In this document: positions 39,232 through 52,400 of the stretch, in pieces
Layout: each line of letters starts with the position of its first letter
Position numbering within the stretch: position 1 is the stretch's first letter
Assembly (NCBI RefSeq): GCF_036321535.1
Contig: NC_087437.1
Location: 30,630,001 to 30,694,000, forward strand
DNA from: Camelus dromedarius
Taxonomy: Eukaryota
Direction of reading: 5' to 3'
DNA length: 64,000 nt
The notes under the pieces: model-generated
Database searches by the model: none
Told to the model about the DNA's origin: nothing
Seen by the model: only the letters and a program-made list of their open reading frames with translations
Made by a program: the position numbers and the translations under genes

Positions 39232-39460
39232 AACAAAGACAAGTTCCAAATTTGCAAATATAAACTAGTATATATAAAATAGATAAACAACAGGTTTCTA
39301 CTGTACAGCACAGGGAACTATATTCAGTATCTTGTAGTAACTTATGGTGAAAAAGAATATGAAAACGAATGTATGCATGTACATGTATGACTGAAACATT
39401 ATGCTGTAACCAGAAATTAACACATTGTAATGGACTATACTTCAATTTTTAAAAACATTT
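39232..39460 (+). mobile_element. Young L1 3'UTR end
   Basis: CAGCACAGGGAACTATATTCAG...CTATACTTCAATT followed by an A-rich tail. Confidence 0.88.
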
Positions 39461-41600
39461 AAAAATAAAAAAGAAATGGGGGGAGCACATATAAGTGATT
39501 CCCTTCACCATGAAATGAGACTCAAACCAAATCATTGGGAAGCTTTTTTAACTCAAATATTTTATCTAAACAGTTAAAGCATCTCAGTGATGTAACAAAA
39601 CCCCAAAGACACCAAATTCAGGCCTTATCTTCCCCCTCCGTGATTTTTGCATCAAGTACTTTTTTTACCTTCATAATACCCCACACTACATGATCTCTTC
39701 AATTCCCTTTTCTCAGTCCCACACTCACATTTAGAAATTTAGACCATCTTGTTCAATCTCCTCATTGTTCAGATAAAAGAAGAGAGGGAGAAATTTGGGA
39801 AGTACTAGTAAGAGAACTGGGCCTCACACCTACGTCTCTTGCAACCTGGTCTAGCATTCTTGTCTCCTACACAGAAGGCCTGTCTCTATGCTGTGCCTCT
39901 TCCTATTGCTAAGCTTTGCTGGTTCTTACCTAATAGACCCCAACTTCTGAATCAAGGGCAGTGATAGAAACTACAAGCCTGACAGGCTAGAGTTTGCTCT
40001 CAAAGCTCAGGAATGACACCAGATGCCTGAGGACATGAGTTTAGATACAAAGAACTTACATCATGTGAAGAGAGATTTGAAAAGACCCTCCGGAAGACGA
40101 GCCTTGGGTTGTTTTACATCGTGAGGAAGAAGAGTTATGGCAACAAATGGAAGAGTTTTAGCAGGGGGCTTTTTAAAAATGTATGATTCATAGTTGTTGG
40201 GGGTAAATTACAGAAGTTAGGAATGGTGTGTATACTTAGTAAACCAAACTGCGCTTCAAAATTCAAAGGGCAATGAAAAGAGGAAAAGAATGAAGGTGAT
40301 GGAATAAAACCAGTAGGGAAAGGCTTAGGTTTAAATCCAAGAAATGGGAGAATGGGAGTAGGTCAGAAGAAAGGATGAATGAGTAATATTAGTTTATCAA
40401 GCAGGTGACATCAAACTGAGAGATTTTCATTTAAGACAAAAGACTAACTAACCTCCCAGTACTAACTCAGAACACTTACATTTCTTACAGGAGTCAGATT
40501 ATGACTATAAGAGATTGTACCTTATAAAGTAAAAACAACCAGAAAGTTAAAGTCTTATTTCTTCTAAAGTAAAATAGAAGTGATTTTTCAATAGCAACTA
40601 CCTGTTTCACATTTTGTCCCCTTCATAACACTTGAAAATAACCAGCCCAGTTCTTCCAAATTCAACTGTTCCTCGTAGAGTTCAGGCAGGACTTCATTCG
40701 ATATGATACCTGGAAGTTAAAGGGTGACCCAGGACTAGGGGAGAAATGACTGAAGAATCACCAGAGTGAATCACTTGGGGCAATTACTAGTAAGTACCTG
40801 AATCCCATTTTTCCCTGTTTTCTGGGAACACAGTGTCCATTTCATAAGCTCTATTTCTGTTGACCGTAACACTGCTCTGTGCCCCATGAAATAAATTCAT
40901 TAAAGAAGTGATGAAATGAGTCCAAGGATAGCAGTATTTCCATCCTTTTATTCTGTACTTCTTTACCCAAGCATCTCACTGACTTCTCCAGAGAATAAGC
41001 AGAGGCAAGCAAACTCTAAGCATGGATATTCTGCAGAAACAAACCATTTTGGGTCAGCTTGTCTCTGCAAGACCTTCAGTGTCAACACACAAGCTGGTAT
41101 TGATGATCAGTCTAGGAGACATGCGGTTGGTAAGGCAGAAACAGAGATAGAATCGGACCAAGAAATACACACCAGTTGAGGTTCTATGCTGACCTGGCCC
41201 TGTGACAGAGGGCCACTTATATCACTTCTTGGGGCTTCTATTTCTTCATCTACCTTGTCAGTGAGCACAACTAGATGACCTTGAAGCCCCTTCCAACTCT
41301 AGGATGCTATGAAAGGAAAAACCATTCTCTCAGTAACAGTACATATGGTATAAGATACAACGGCAGGTAAAAGTATTCTGATATCTCAAAGTTCTTCTTC
41401 ATAATTAAGATACGAGCACCCAAGAAAGCCCTGAACTAATGATTCACAGCCATGTGCATGATAAATTTAAGAAAAGAGATAGTAATTCCACAGAGAAAAA
41501 CTAGGAGAGTAAAAACTGAATGAAAAGTTACAGCCTCATTTTTTTTTTATCAAAAACTTTGGAAGAATGTAAATAAAGCATTGAGTGTTATTATTTAGTG

Positions 41601-41919
41601 CAGGATAGGGACATTTTTCTGTAGAGGACCTGATAGTAAATACTGTAGGTTTTGCAGGCCATTCAGTCTCAATTGTAACTACTTAACTCTACCATTGTTA
41701 CCAGAGACAATCCACAAGTGAACTGGCATGGTTATGTTCCAATAAAACTTTATCTGTGGATGCTGAGATTTGAATTTCATAAAATTTCATGCATCACAAA
41801 ATTTTATTCTTCTTTTGATTTTTTTCAACCATTGAAAACCCATTCTTAGCTCAGGAGCCCACATAAAAAGAGGTGCTGGGCCAGATTTGCCCTTCAGGCT
41901 GCAGTTTGTAGGACTCCTG
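41601..41919. mobile_element. MER58B-like hAT-Charlie MITE
   Basis: CAGG...CCTG ends, GATAGTAAATA and GTTCCAATAAAACTTTAT motifs, imperfect 8-bp TSD ATTTAGTG/ATTTACAG. Confidence 0.8.
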
Positions 41920-42179
41920 ATTTACAGGGAAGGTGTGAGGCTTCAGTTTACAACATCCATGGGACTGCCTCAAGTCTTCTAGAGGTGAAAATTTCCCTAG
42001 TGGTATTGACAGGTAAACTGGGGGAATCGTGGAGGAAAAAGATCTGACAGATGAAAATGCTGAGATTGGGCACCAATGCCATCATCTTTGCGTGCTGGGG
42101 CCACCAAGCTTTCAGATGTCAATTTATCTGAACAGGAAAGCAAAAGATTAGCCAATCCTGATCTCTTGTGAGCAATTAC

Positions 42180-42440
42180 AGTAGCTACTATTTATAAAAT
42201 GCCTGCTATGTGCTGGACAGCATTCGAAGCACTTTGTGTATAACAACTCATTTGATCATCACACCACTACATAGGGTGTGTGCAATCATTAGCATCATCA
42301 CCATGTTAGATAAAGACTCTGAAGCAGAAGAGCTGAGGTGACTCCTTCAAAGTTACACTGTACATGGCAGGGTCGGGGCTGAACCCCAGACAGGGCAGCA
42401 CCCGTCTCAGTCCTCAACCACAACACTAGATTGCTTCTGA
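42180..42440. mobile_element. MIR
   Basis: AACTCATTTGATCATCACACC and a degenerate core CCATGTTAGATAAAGACTCTGAAGCAG. Confidence 0.6.
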
Positions 42441-42999
42441 CAGAAGTGAGTGCTGCATCTGCTGCCATTCCACATGGCCATCCTGCAGAAGTAACTTGGA
42501 TTTCACTTTATACTGGATGGATTTTCTTCATACAACCATTTAAGATTCATTAATCTCATTATTCATTCACAGTTGAAATTTTCAGGCCTAATTGAAATGT
42601 AATGATAATGAACATCCCAGCTCTGTTCTCCTCAATTAACGTAATTAAATGTGTATCAAATCAAGAATGTCATTCTATTATTAAGATATTATCTAAACCC
42701 TTACCAAATTCTGACAAATCTGTATGAGAGTGGTTCCCTGACTCAACATAACTTTCCCTGTTTTTGACATCAGCTTTCTCTTCATTATTCATTAATTTCC
42801 TGTTTCCTTTTCTTTCCTCACTGTCATAAATATCAGCTCTTCTGTATTTTCTCTGTGTAGTTCTGGGGTACACTTGCTTTCCGGATAGCATATTTTTCAG
42901 AATAGAAAATTCCTCAGCCCTTAATCTGATTAATTTACATATGAAAACATTCCATTGCTAGTAAACACGGACAAAACAAATTAGGTTCAAAAACCTATT

Positions 43000-45195
43000 C
43001 ACCTAAGCTGGTATATATTCAAGCTACAATATTAAAACTTTAGGATGTTAAATGTAATGGCCAAAATAGCCACAGAGAAAACAGCTATAGAATTTACACA
43101 AAAGGAAATGAGAAAGGAATTTAAACATTTTGCTATGAAAAAATCAACACAAAAGACAGTAATGCAGGAAACAAGGAACCAAAAAAGCTATACAGCATAA
43201 AGAAAAGAAACAGCACAACAACATGTTAATCCTTCCTTATCAATAATCATTATAATGTAAATGGATTAAACTCTCCAATCAAAAGACAGATTGACAGAAT
43301 AGATAAAAACTCATAACCCAACTATATGCTATCTATAAGAGACTCACTTGAGATCCAAAGACACAAAGAGCTTGAAAATGAAAGGACAGGGAAAAATATT
43401 CAATACAAATCATAACCAAAAGAGAGCAGGGGTGGCGATACTAAATTCAGATAACAGAGTTTAAATCAAAAAAAGTAATAAGAGACAAAGAAGGACATTA
43501 TGTATTAATAGAAGTCTCAATACAGCAAGAAGATAAAGCAATTACAGACATTTATGCATCTAATGACAGACTATCAAGATATATACAGCACAAACTGACA
43601 GAACTGAAGGGAGAAAGAGACAGTTCTACAATAATACTTGAAACTTCAATACCTCACTCACAATGATGGATAGAACAACCAGACAGAATTAAGAAAACAG
43701 AGAATTTAAACAACACAATAAACCAACAAGATCTAACCGACACATACAGACACTGTATCCAACAACATATACATTCTTCTCAAGTGCATAGGGGACATTT
43801 TTCCAGGATAGATTATATTTTAGGCCACCAATTAAGTCTCAATAAAAAGATAGACAGCAGAAAGAAGGAAATAAGATGAGAGTGGATATGAAATAGAAGA
43901 ACAATTGAGAAAAATCAATGAAGCCAAGTAGTTCTTTCAAAAAAAATCAAGAAAACTGACAAACCTTTAACTGGGTGGACAAAAAGAAAAAGAGGAGAGA
44001 TCAGTACTAAATCAGAAAGCAAGGTGGGGGCATTACTACCTATTCTACATAAATAAAAGGGACTGTAAGAGACTACTGTAAACCACTGTACACCAACAAA
44101 TTGGATACCTAGACGAAATGGACAAATTCCTAGAAACAAAAAACCGACCAAAACTAAACCACAAAGAAATAGAAAATCTGAATAGATTTATACTTAGCAA
44201 GGATATTGAATCAGTAATCAAAAATCTCTCAACAAAGAAAAGTCCTGGATTTGATGGCTTCACTGGTGAATTCTACCAAATATTTAAAGAACAAATACCA
44301 ATCCTTCTCAAATTTTTCCCAAAAAATTGAAGTGGAGGGAACACTTCCTAACTCATTCTATGAGGCCAGCATAACACTGATAACAAAGCCAGACAAAGAC
44401 ACTGTAAGACGACTATAGACCATTATCTCTTATTTACATTGATGCAAAAATCTTCAACAAAATACAGTTGACCCTTGAACACCTTGGGTCTGAGATATGT
44501 GAGTGCACTTATATGTGGATTTTTTTTTCAATAGAGAAGTACTGTAGCGCTACACAATCTGCAGTTGGTTGAAACCACAGGTGCAGAACCTCGGATTTGG
44601 AGGGCCAGCTGTAAAGTTATACTCAAATTTTCAACTGCTTGGAAGGTCTGTGCCCTAACTCCTGCATTGTTCAAGGGCCACTAATAAATAAAATTCAACA
44701 GCATGTTAAAAGGATTATACATCATGACCAAGTGGGATTTATTCCTGGGATACAAGGATGGCTCAACGTATGAGAATTAATCAGTGTAATATGCTGTATC
44801 AACATAATGAAGAAAAAAAACCCACAATCATCTCAACTGATGCAGAAAAAGCATTCAACAAAATTCAACATTCTTTCATGATAAAAACATTCAACAAAAC
44901 AGGAATAGAAGAAAACTACCTCAACATAATGAAAGCCATGTATGAGAAAGACCACACCAAATACTACATTCGATAATTAGAGACTGAAAGCGTTTCCTCT
45001 AAGGTCAGGAACAAGACACAGATGCCTGCCTTCGCTGCTTCTGCTCAACATAGTGTTAGGAAGTTCAAGCCAGAGCAACTAGGCAAAAAAAAAAAAAAAG
45101 AAAAAAGAAAGATAAAGAAAAGGCACCCAAATTGGACAGGAAGAAATAAAATTATCTCTGTTTTTAGATGATATGATCTTATATGTGGGAAACTT
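43000..45195 (+). mobile_element. Old L1 ORF2 fragment (endonuclease to RT), frameshifted and deleted
   Basis: AATGTAAATGGATTAAACTCTCCAATCAAAAGACAGA (NVNGLNSPIKR); ORF pieces [14 protein letters not shown] and IISTDAEKAFNKIQH; degenerate RT motif region near 45160. Confidence 0.92.
44465..44683. mobile_element. Tigger2-derived MITE (MER8-like) nested in the L1
   Basis: Terminal inverted repeats CAGTTGACCCTTGAACA and TGTTCAAGGGCCACT, preceded by TA. Confidence 0.8.
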
Positions 45196-46897
45196 TAAAG
45201 ATTTGCAGAAGAGCAGAGCAATACCACCCTTCTCACTAATTTCTTTTGCTTTGAAAAAGTTATTTTTCATAAAAACATGTCAATATGTAATAGAGTTTAT
45301 CATATTTTAATGAGATATTTTTGAAGTTCCCAGATTTAATTTCTAATATGACAGCAGATGGAACCCAAATAAAAACTCTTTGGAGTCTTCAGTTTTTAAG
45401 AATGCAAAGCAACCTGAGAGCAAAGTCCAATTATGTTCATTTCTCTTGTCAGAGGTGGGTTTAGGATGGGTCTGCAATTGCATTTCTGGCCAAACTCCTG
45501 GAAACTTTTTCTTTGCTCTTAAAAAAAGAGTTTATAAGAAGAAACTCTGCTTCCTCTGGGCAGGGCTTCTCTGTGTTTGGAGCTGCCACAGATCTCTTTA
45601 ACCCAAAGGTATCCAGCTACAGGACCAAGCCAACACGCCAAGAATGGCAGAACCAAGTCTCTGATGACATTACTGAGCCACTGAATTAACCAACTCTTGA
45701 AACTGCTCCACCTCAGATCTCTTGTGCATGAGAAAATGAATATTCTTTATTGTTTCAGGCACTGTTAGTATGGATCTGTGGTTTGCCCCAGAAAGCATTC
45801 TTAATGATTCAGCATTCGTTTTTTATCAAATGTAAAGGAGTTAAGACCCAAACTCACAGAAAAAAAGCACAGTAAGTTAATCCCTATGTTTGTGTTTTGT
45901 TCATTTATGAATCCTAGGTGCATTTAGCTGCATGTTGTGAATACCGATGGAAACATCACGACTCATCAGCTTCGACCTTTGCACTGTCGACATCCTTCTA
46001 TGGACTGAGTATTTCCACTCTGCTCCAACAACGCCCTGGGTGAGGGATTACAGCCAGAGCAGCACAAGCTCATCACTCCTGGAGAAAAATTCGGGTGCAA
46101 GAGCAAGGAGGCAGCACTATTCCCCACATGGACAAGGGGATCATGTTCCTTTAAGACTGCTCAAAATGTGAACAAGGGAACCAAAGCCGTCAGCAAATCT
46201 AATACCCTCGATTTACAGAGAAGGAAACTGTGGCCAGAAAGGCCAAGCATGCCACGTGAGCAGCTTGAACCCAGCAGAAGAGGTGCCTTCAGACCAAGCA
46301 CATGAATCACTGATCTTGTCAGCACCGCAGGACCATGAGAATAGGTTTAATCAAGAATGAGGCTCGGGCTCCACTTCCTTGAACCGTTCAGAGAGGGTCA
46401 ACCCTGTTAAGTAAAAAAATAACTTCCCCTTGAATATCAATCAGTTCAGTTTCCAAACTGTGAATTAAGAAGAGAGAAAAAGCAGGAAAGAACTTAATAC
46501 CGGGCACATAATTGGAACCCCAAAAGCATTTGTTAAACTAAAAGGGCTTCCTAACAAAGTAGGATTTTCTCTAATTCAAATAGGTGCTTCCCCAGCTACC
46601 TCATCTCTCTTAGGAAACTTCAGGCTGCTTTTGGAGACTTCTCAGATTGTGACACCAAATCCAGGCTCCTCAGAAGAAGCCTGCTCCTGAGTTCACACCA
46701 GCTCAACTTCCTACATGTTCTGTATGTTCGTTTACTTGGGGTGAGAGTGAGGAGGGGACAGAAAAGTGCTCGGGAGAGGTAAATAAAGAGACAGCAAGGA
46801 AAGTGGCTTTAAGCCTCAAAATTATGGGAAAATACAGTCTAATCCTTACACACACACATACACGCACAGTTCAAATTTAACATTCTAGGGAGGATAT

Positions 46898-47141
46898 TGG
46901 TCGTGGGTCCTCTGCCTTTTAGCAAGAGAGTCTTCGTCACTGATGCCAGCCATCAGGTACTTGAGGCCTGTGATCCAGGTGCGGGCCTCCTCGGGATTGG
47001 AGGTGATGAGATCCAGGGACTCCATGTGGTTGCCATGGTAGATGGTGAAGCAGCAGCTGGGGTCGAAGCTCCCCTCAGCCTGTCTGTGGAATATCTCAGA
47101 CTGTCGGCCCTCAGTGACTTTGTAAATGGAGTCAATAAGAA
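46898..47141 (-). CDS. PLCH1: PLCH1 exon B: PH domain C-part, ILIDSIYKVTEGRQSE...EARTWITGLKYLMAGISDEDSLAKRQRTHD(Q)
   Basis: Acceptor CCCCCACAG|TTCTT. Ends GACCA|ATATCCTC, a U12-type donor. 244 nt, phase 1 to 2. Confidence 0.95.
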
Positions 47142-47965
47142 CTGTGGGGGAAGGGGAAGACACAGTTATGTGGCAGGTGAAGATATGCGTACGGATTAAG
47201 AGAAAGAAAAGCCAGATCATCTTAAAATCTAAAAATAAGATGAACACATCCATCATCTGTGAGCTGTGGTGTGAAGTTCGAATGTGAAATACAAGCTTCA
47301 TCGTTTCCTGCCAGGAACCTTCTCCACGTACCCCTTTACCTCTCCAGGGTGCTGGGTCGGGATGTGTTGAAATTTATGACAGTAAGACAGATAAGCCTGG
47401 TAGGGCAGGAAGACTGGGAGAAAAGGGGGCTATAATATGTCAAATGTGTGGTTTCTACATGTATGCAGGGAAAACATACAAAGACCTAGAGCCGACTTTG
47501 GCGACTTATAATACGCGTAAGATGACAGTTCAACGTCAAAGGGAAAAAAACACATTTGGTAGGAACTGAACAGCAGAGCTAAATGTGATTGGGATTTATA
47601 GAGAGAAAGCTGTGAGGGTGAAGGCAGAGCAGAGCTTAGAGAGGCGGGGGCGGGGAACCAGGTGGCGGCCCAGGGGAAGAGACATGAAGACACGGAAACG
47701 CTGGACCCGCAGCAGGGATGCTGAACAGGCTGTTTACGCTGGAGTGAGAAGCTCAAGAGGGAGAGTAACGGGAGACAAAGCTGGAAAGGTAGGTAGAGGC
47801 TAGATCTGGGGGAGCTGGAGTAAGACCAGAGATCAGCATTATTTAGGTGGGGCAGCCACTGCAGGTCTGCATCAGAGAAGCATTGGAAAGGAGGATTACT
47901 TTAGATTAAAACAGTTTTTTGTTTGTCTGCTTACTTGTTTTGGCACATGAATGAGAATTGTTGCA

Positions 47966-48101
47966 TTTTTTTTAATATCTTCTTTGGGGGAGCAGCTAAT
48001 TCGGTTTATTTTTCTACTTATTTAATGGAGGTACTGGGGATTGAACCCAGGACCTCATGCATGCTAAGCGCACGCTCTACCACTGAGCTGTACTCTCCCC
48101 C
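47966..48101 (-). mobile_element. tRNA-derived SINE (same family)
   Basis: Reverse complement reads GGGGGAGAGTACAGCTCAGTGGTAGAGCGTGCGCTTAGCATGCATGAGGTCCTGGGTTCAATCCCCAGTACCTCC. Confidence 0.88.
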
Positions 48102-48179
48102 TTGAAGTGCTGCAATCACATTGATTGCCCATATACACCATCCACCCGTCTGCTCTGCCTTACTGGCAGAGTCCCAATT

Positions 48180-48655
48180 TTTCTCTCTTTCAAGTCATTC
48201 TCCACATGACTCATGGGGAAATGAGCCTGTGCCCAGCCCCAGGGCAACTTCTGGTGGGTCTAAGCCATTGGGGTGGCCCCATTGCTATGTCCTCTGACTG
48301 ATTTAGTTGTGGGAACGTAACCCAGTTCTAACCAAGGAGACACGGGCACTCTGCTTTGAGGGAAGGGCCTGGGAAGGGGTTCTTCCTCTCTAAAAAAGAA
48401 AGAGATGGACCTTTTCTGCATCTTCACGATTCTAGCAGTTGTGAAGCCATGTTACTGCTGCCTTGATTACAAGGTCAACACACAAGGGACAGAGCCAAGA
48501 TCACTCAGGGAAACAGAACTAGAGACTCAGCACCCCACACCTGTGGCCAGACAATCTCTGCGTTTCTTGTTATGCCAGAGAATAAATGTGTGCATTGTGT
48601 AAGCCTGATTTCATCCTGGTCATCTGTGACTTGGACAGGAAAGCATCTTAACTGA
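48180..48655. mobile_element. MLT1-type LTR, degenerate
   Basis: CCCAGTTCTAACCAAGGAGAC and GAAAGCATCTTAACTGACA end. Confidence 0.55.
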
Positions 48656-49298
48656 CAGGGGCAGAAGAAATTACAGAGTGGAGACTGGTTAGGAGACTTC
48701 AAAACAGGCCACCAGAAAGTTGAAGAGAATTTGGGTCAATAAGATTCCTGTGAAAACAGGAAGGAAGGAGCAGACGAAGAGAGACGTGACGGAGGACCAA
48801 ATGCAGACTTGGTGCTGAGTGTAAAAGGTGTGGGAGAGGCTTTACGGAGGAGGCAGATCAAAGCTATTTTACTTGATGTCATTAAAACAACTCTGTTATC
48901 TCATTCATCAGTGAACCGTGCTCAGAATATGGCCATATACATTAAATCCCATTGGATTTATAATGTCCTTCACTTTTTATAGGAAAATAAAAGGCCTTTA
49001 GTATAAAATCTCAATATCCCAACTGAAAAAAAATACATGTCTCCAATACAGGGGAAATATTACCATTTATTGCACTCATGGGTAAGAAAACTTTTACGGA
49101 CTTAAATTCCCCCAAAATAATTAACAAAAGAATAAATGGTCATCACTTTTTTGGTCTCTCCACATTCTCTAACAACTGACCCTAAAACCTGCAAAAATAG
49201 GAAAGTTCTACAGATCTGAAGCTTCCACAGAGCCCACTCAGTTATAACCCATGTGTTACTGTGTTAAGCCAAGCAAAGAATCCAGAAGATGTCCTTAC

Positions 49299-49445
49299 TT
49301 TTTGCCTTCTCGCTCTTCCGAGAGGGTCTCCATCGGAGGCGAGTCCGGTGCTCATCCAGGTAAAAGAGCCGGACGAGCCCTTTGGTCCCGCGCTTCAGTT
49401 TGATCATCTGTGTCCCCGACTGCATCACACTCATGCATCTTTCAA
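49299..49445 (-). CDS. PLCH1: PLCH1 coding exon A (first in window): PH domain N-part, (V)ERCMSVMQSGTQMIKLKRGTKGLVRLFYLDEHRTRLRWRPSRKSEKAK(I)
   Basis: Translation matches the recalled PLC-eta1 N-terminus. Acceptor TTTGCAG|TTGAA, donor AAAA|GTAAGG. 147 nt, phase 1 to 1. Confidence 0.96.
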
Positions 49446-52400
49446 CTGCAAACGAGATCACAGCACATTCAGCTCTCACCCAATGCACGTGTGCCCTGGT
49501 GTTCAGAAATCTTACTGTCAAATAAAACCTTTGACTCACACTCTCAAAACGCCAAGGACCACGAGACAAATTTAGAAGAGGTAATCTGGAAAGAGCAGTT
49601 CAAGAATTGATTCATCAGGCTTAAGCCAGTAAAAAGTCTTACTGACAGAAATAAAATTCTACTTCTAGATAAACAATGCATTACTGCTGCACAGAACATC
49701 TTTTGTTCTAACTGGCAACGCGCTTTTTGGTATAAGACCGACGGTAATTTGATACTTGAATTTATGTTCATAAAGCAAGTTCTCAGACTGCACATTAAAT
49801 CTTGTGAGCTTTTACATAGCCAGCTGTAAAAACATCCTATGATAATACTTTAAAATGCAATTAACAAAAAACATGATTGGCAAAATGTTTCAGCAATTGT
49901 TGAAGGTGGATGATGGCAGTATATGGGTTTGTATTATTTCAATTTTAGGTATGCTTGAAAATAGCTAAACAAATCTTTTAAAATGTGATCAGAAAAAAAT
50001 CAAGCTCTCACAATTGAACATAAAGTGTTTATTAATGAATTTAGCTGCTAGAATGTTCTACCTAGGGAAATAAATTGACTGAACTCAGGTAAAATCCAAT
50101 CACTTATTACCCGTGTAAATGCTCTCATTTAAATTCTCTGCTTTGAGATGAACCTTGATGGAAGTGGGCATCTGCTGGTGTTGCCTGTTTCTCTTTCTTT
50201 GTTAATAGCACCCACTTTTCCTTTGGAAATACTTCTTTCCCATTTCATGTGCGTTTGGTGGCCTGTCACCTCAGTCAAGAAATGGGCACCTGACTTAACC
50301 TTAGAGCAAATCTGACTCCCTTCTAAGAAACACGCATCCTGAGTAGAACACTGAATGAAAACAGAACCGAACATTTCAAAGGCCAAGACTTAAGGGCTGC
50401 TGTTGACTGGCTGCCCCGAGATGTTACAGTTGTCACAGTTGCTCTTTCTGAGGCTAGCAAATTATTCCATTTTTCCCTGGGTTCTGCAAGTTACAGAATA
50501 CTCTTCCAAATATCCTTCTTTTCATCGCATCACACAGAAACAGCTTCTGTTTCACTGACTAATATTCAGGCATAAATGTAACCATTAGAGCACCAGAAAC
50601 AACCGGCTCTGTGTACCTACCTTATCAAGTAGTATGCTGTTAGGTCAAAGAACTGCAGTAAATAAACCTCAACAGTGTTAGACTTCAGCTTTTTTGGCTA
50701 ACTTGTTTTTACTAGGAGAGAATTTGATCCCAAAGCTTAACACTGTGAGCACAGATTACTCAAGTTAACATCAATACAACCAATTTTCACTCTTCTTCCA
50801 TGAAGAGCCTTTCCTTCCCCCAAGGAATGAAGGGAAGGACCACATAAAATTAAGGATGGTTTTAGGATTTGACACTGCCAGAAAGGAGAAGTATAGGTTG
50901 CTCTTATTCACTTTACCTGACATGTCAGACATGCAAGTAATAAAAATACTACTTAAGAAAACAAACACACAAACTTAAAATGCTTACTTTGAAGCACAGG
51001 ACAAAATTTGAGATTTGGCTTTATGCACATTAGTAAAACTTACCCACCACTGAGCCCCATTCATTTAGGTAATGAGAGCCACAGATGTGAATTCTTGACA
51101 GCTACCCTGCCCATTCCACACCAGTAATTAGAAGTAGAAGAACAGAAGAGAGTCAGTGCATCAGGATAAAGTCATCAAGTCAAACCAAGCAAGCCAGACT
51201 CCCAGAAAAGTCTATTAGAGCTTCTGTGGCCACTGACATTAGGTCTCATCAGGAAACAGATATTTACAGAGCAACCCCTACTCCAGGGTTATGTAATGAG
51301 GCAAAGCAGACAACAAGGAGACTCTGTCTTGGATTTAAAGAGGTTAAATTTTAAGAGAATGAAATCTCTAAAGAGATATTTTATTAATGGCAGTTTAGAG
51401 CTGTGGTCAAGAACACAGAATTTGGATCTAGACATCCTGGGACAGAATTCCAGATCCGCCATATACTAGCTCTATGACCTTGGGCACAGTATTTAATCTC
51501 TCGGTGCCTGTTTCTTCATCTATAAAATAGGAATAATATCATTTACCCCTTGAAATGTTAAGGGCTGAATGAGTTAATTCATGTAAAGTACTAAAAACAG
51601 TAGCTATTAGTATAGTTTTATTATTGAAATTAAAAAAAAATGCCAAGACAAAAATACATGTGGGAGTACCTGGTAAAAGAGAATATGATGTGCTCCAATG
51701 GAGAGAAGTGTAATAACCCAATGGTAATAAAACAGTCAGTGGAGATTTGGGGACAGGAAAGAGCAGGGCTATGATCAGAGGATAGGGAAAGATGACCCTC
51801 TGTCCTTGGTACCTAAAAGGGAATTAACAGGATACATGATTTGGGGGGCTGGATAAGACTAGGTGTGGGGGGTTGGGAATGCCAGATAATAAGATTTTAA
51901 TCCAACAGCAATGCAATGAGATTTACAAGATACTTCTGAGCAATGGAGGGGGTGGGATAAAAGATATAATTCAGAAAGATGTTTGGGAAGAGAGAATAAA
52001 ATGAATTGTTTACATCAGGGAGGAAAACTGAATTAACTGCACCATCAAAGATCTAGAGCAAGGACTGCAGACCTCTTACAAGGACTGTCTACATCCGACA
52101 CAGTGCCCTATTCTTTGTTCACACTGCACCTCCCTTCCCTCTGTTTTTCCCAGCCCCATTTCTTTTTCCTGAAATGGAATCCCTATGACTACAACATCAA
52201 CATTTTAACAGGAAAAGCACAAAGATATAAAAGTTTAATCTGTTACGTGAGCTACTAAATACCACCTACCACTTGACAAGCATCATCCAAAGAAATGCAA
52301 CCATTTTAGAAAGTGGGATCCAAGCCCTCAGAAACGGAGTGCACCTGAATAATATATTAAATGTTCACTAGCTTCACATTTATCCCACCAACTCAGCCAC

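Larger units (their letters stand above)
39078..46897 (-). other. PLCH1: U12-type (minor spliceosome) intron with AT-AA termini
   Basis: 5' end ATATCCTCC. Branch-like TTCTTGAC with its A at 39089, position -12 from the 3' end ...TTTTCTGCAA. This junction restores D-Q-W in frame. Confidence 0.88.

Noticed and set aside
44118..44976. L1 ORF2-like ORFs as functional genes
   Set aside because: Short frameshifted pieces of an L1 interrupted by a MITE.
39077..46896. Alternative placement of the B-C junction as CAA|TA...AG|TGG
   Set aside because: It keeps the frame but requires a TA donor matching neither spliceosome, whereas the 1-nt shift gives a U12 donor and well-spaced branch site.
46897..47199. 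Plus-strand ORFs overlapping PLCH1 exons (also 10721-10993, 14177-14584, 35097-35354, 49261-49575)
   Set aside because: Antisense shadows of GC-richer coding exons, with no independent support.
49446..49569. In-frame upstream extension of exon A as an alternative N-terminus
   Set aside because: The ORF starts at a non-ATG codon and a good acceptor (TTTGCAG) marks the exon start; no promoter evidence.
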